Shown in pieces: positions 35,663 through 36,989 of a stretch of 36,989 bases of DNA. A program made the translations under genes and the position numbers. Location: positions 1-36,989 of IMG/VR virus record IMGVR_UViG_3300033475_000096; one strand, 5' to 3'. The number at the start of each line of letters is the position of its first letter. Positions within the stretch are counted from its first letter, which is position 1. The DNA comes from a virus (lineage: Duplodnaviria; Caudoviricetes). Below the pieces are notes generated by a model. That model did not search any database, was not told the DNA's origin, and saw nothing but the letters and a program-made list of their open reading frames with translations.

Positions 35663-36989
35663 TCCCAAACAGCTTCAGTTCGTCCAGGCTCAACAAAAAA
35701 TAAAAACCTTTGTTGGGGGCCGTGGCTCTGGTAAAAGTACCGTGGATGGTGTAGAGGCTTATATTAATGTCGTTACAATGCCGCGCTCAAAAGGCTTTAT
35801 CCTTGGGCTTACATATAAACAGATCCTTGACTTTATCCTTCCTTCAATGCTTCAGATATGGGATACAATGGGGCTTAAGGAAAATGTGCATTATGTAATT
35901 AACAAAACTCCAAATCCTTCCTGGCCTAAGCCTTACCACCAAGTAAGAGACTATTCGACTTGTATAAGCTTCTGCAATGGCTCTGTTATACAGCTTATCG
36001 GATTCGATAGGCGAACAACTACACCAAGGGGAGGTTCCTTTGATTGGTGCATTGTGGATGAGGCCGCACTTATAAACAGAGAGCGACTAGAGAAGGAATT
36101 GCTTGCCTCTATCAGGGGTAATATTTATAGATTTAAATCCCATAGGCTTCATAGTGAGATTTACACAACCTCAATGCCCTGGGACCCTTCAGGCTTTTGG
36201 GTGCCGGATATGTCAGAAAAGGCCTTGGAATATCCTAAAGAATTCTTTTACCTAGAAAGCACTGCAAGGGATAATGAAGAAGTTTTAGGTAAGGATTACT
36301 TAGAACGCGCAGAAAGGAAAACCGATTACCTGGTCTTTCAGGTGGAATATATGAATCAGAGAATAGGCAAGATGCCTAACTCTTTTTATGATTCATTTGA
36401 TATTGGAAAACATTGTTACGTTGCCCTATCCTATGAAGATCATGAAGACTGGAGGCAAACCAAAGTAAAATATACAGACTACAACGAGAATAAAGAATTA
36501 GACCTAAGCTTTGACTTTGGAGGTAACTTTAATTGTATGGTAGTGGCTCAGGACTTCAGAAGAGAATCAAATGAATTGAAGATTTTAAGAAGTCTTTATG
36601 TAAAGAACGAACGCAAGCTTCTTGATAACCTGGTTAATGATTTTTGCGAATTATATAAAGATCATAAGAAGAAGCTCGTTTATATCTTTGGCGACAGGAA
36701 CGGAAATAATAGAATGCCGAATTCAAACCTTACACTTTATCAACAGATACAGAATAAGCTTCGACTGAAAGGTTGGGAATCGGTTCTAACGGTGAAAGGA
36801 TTGGATAGCCTTCATTCATTAAAGCATATTACTATTAATAAAATACTTGCCGAAACGGAGCCATATCTTCCCAAGGTTAGGATAAATAAGCTTAATAATA
36901 AAGAGCTTATTATTTCTATTCAAGCGGCTGGCATAACTTCTGAGTTTAAAAAAGATAAGAGATCCGAACGCCAGGACATACCACAAGAA
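35640..36989 (+). CDS. terL: Terminase large subunit (3' truncated; absent from the ORF track)
   Basis: Read from the ATG at 35640: MLKKIYLNPKQ...VGGRGSGKST (Walker A), WCIVDEAA (Walker B), LSFDFG and YIFGDRNG (nuclease Asp motifs). No stop seen before the window end. Confidence 0.93.
   Translation, partial: MLKKIYLNPKQLQFVQAQQKIKTFVGGRGSGKSTVDGVEAYINVVTMPRSKGFILGLTYKQILDFILPSMLQIWDTMGLKENVHYVINKTPNPSWPKPYHQVRDYSTCISFCNGSVIQLIGFDRRTTTPRGGSFDWCIVDEAALINRERLEKELLASIRGNIYRFKSHRLHSEIYTTSMPWDPSGFWVPDMSEKALEYPKEFFYLESTARDNEEVLGKDYLERAERKTDYLVFQVEYMNQRIGKMPNSFYDSFDIGKHCYVALSYEDHEDWRQTKVKYTDYNENKELDLSFDFGGNFNCMVVAQDFRRESNELKILRSLYVKNERKLLDNLVNDFCELYKDHKKKLVYIFGDRNGNNRMPNSNLTLYQQIQNKLRLKGWESVLTVKGLDSLHSLKHITINKILAETEPYLPKVRINKLNNKELIISIQAAGITSEFKKDKRSERQDIPQE

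Larger units (their letters stand above)
1..36989. mobile_element. Temperate tailed phage genome (Bacteroidota host), near-complete, circularly permuted, excised (attP) configuration
   Basis: Contains terminase, portal, protease, capsid, tail, tape measure, lysin, integrase, CI/Cro and replication genes. No host genes are visible. An intact attP-like site lies internally. Confidence 0.93.

Overview
The window looks like a near-complete, circularly permuted genome of a temperate tailed phage (siphovirus-like) of a Bacteroidota host. Host evidence: A-rich leaders without Shine-Dalgarno sites and TAnnTTTG-type promoters. The large terminase starts at 35640 (missed by the ORF track) and runs off the right end. 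Gene order: portal, head-tail connector, lysis and tail genes (0.5-12.3 kb); a DUF4468-like moron; a lysogeny module with tyrosine integrase, an intact tRNA-like attP and divergent CI/Cro (12.9-15.9 kb); early genes, a structured-RNA cluster, replication genes and an iteron origin (15.9-25 kb); a putative late activator, amidase endolysin and fibre module (25.1-30.9 kb); protease/scaffold, capsid, tail tube and terminase (30.9-37 kb). The strongest candidate for an undescribed system is in the lysogeny module. The CI-like repressor lacks a peptidase domain and shares an ungapped 19-aa N/G/Q-rich motif (N-x-G-x-x-N-[FY]-[VI]-x8-Q-N-I) with two small HTH-less proteins flanking the integrase. One of those proteins sits behind a leader RNA with mutually exclusive folds that can hide its start codon. 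Other notable items: a tmRNA-TLD-like mini RNA, a holin/u-spanin fusion, a capsid protein with a membrane-like N-terminus, a fixed-spacing late promoter motif, and an integrase lacking the second catalytic Arg. All family assignments are by eye from motifs and synteny; no searches were run.
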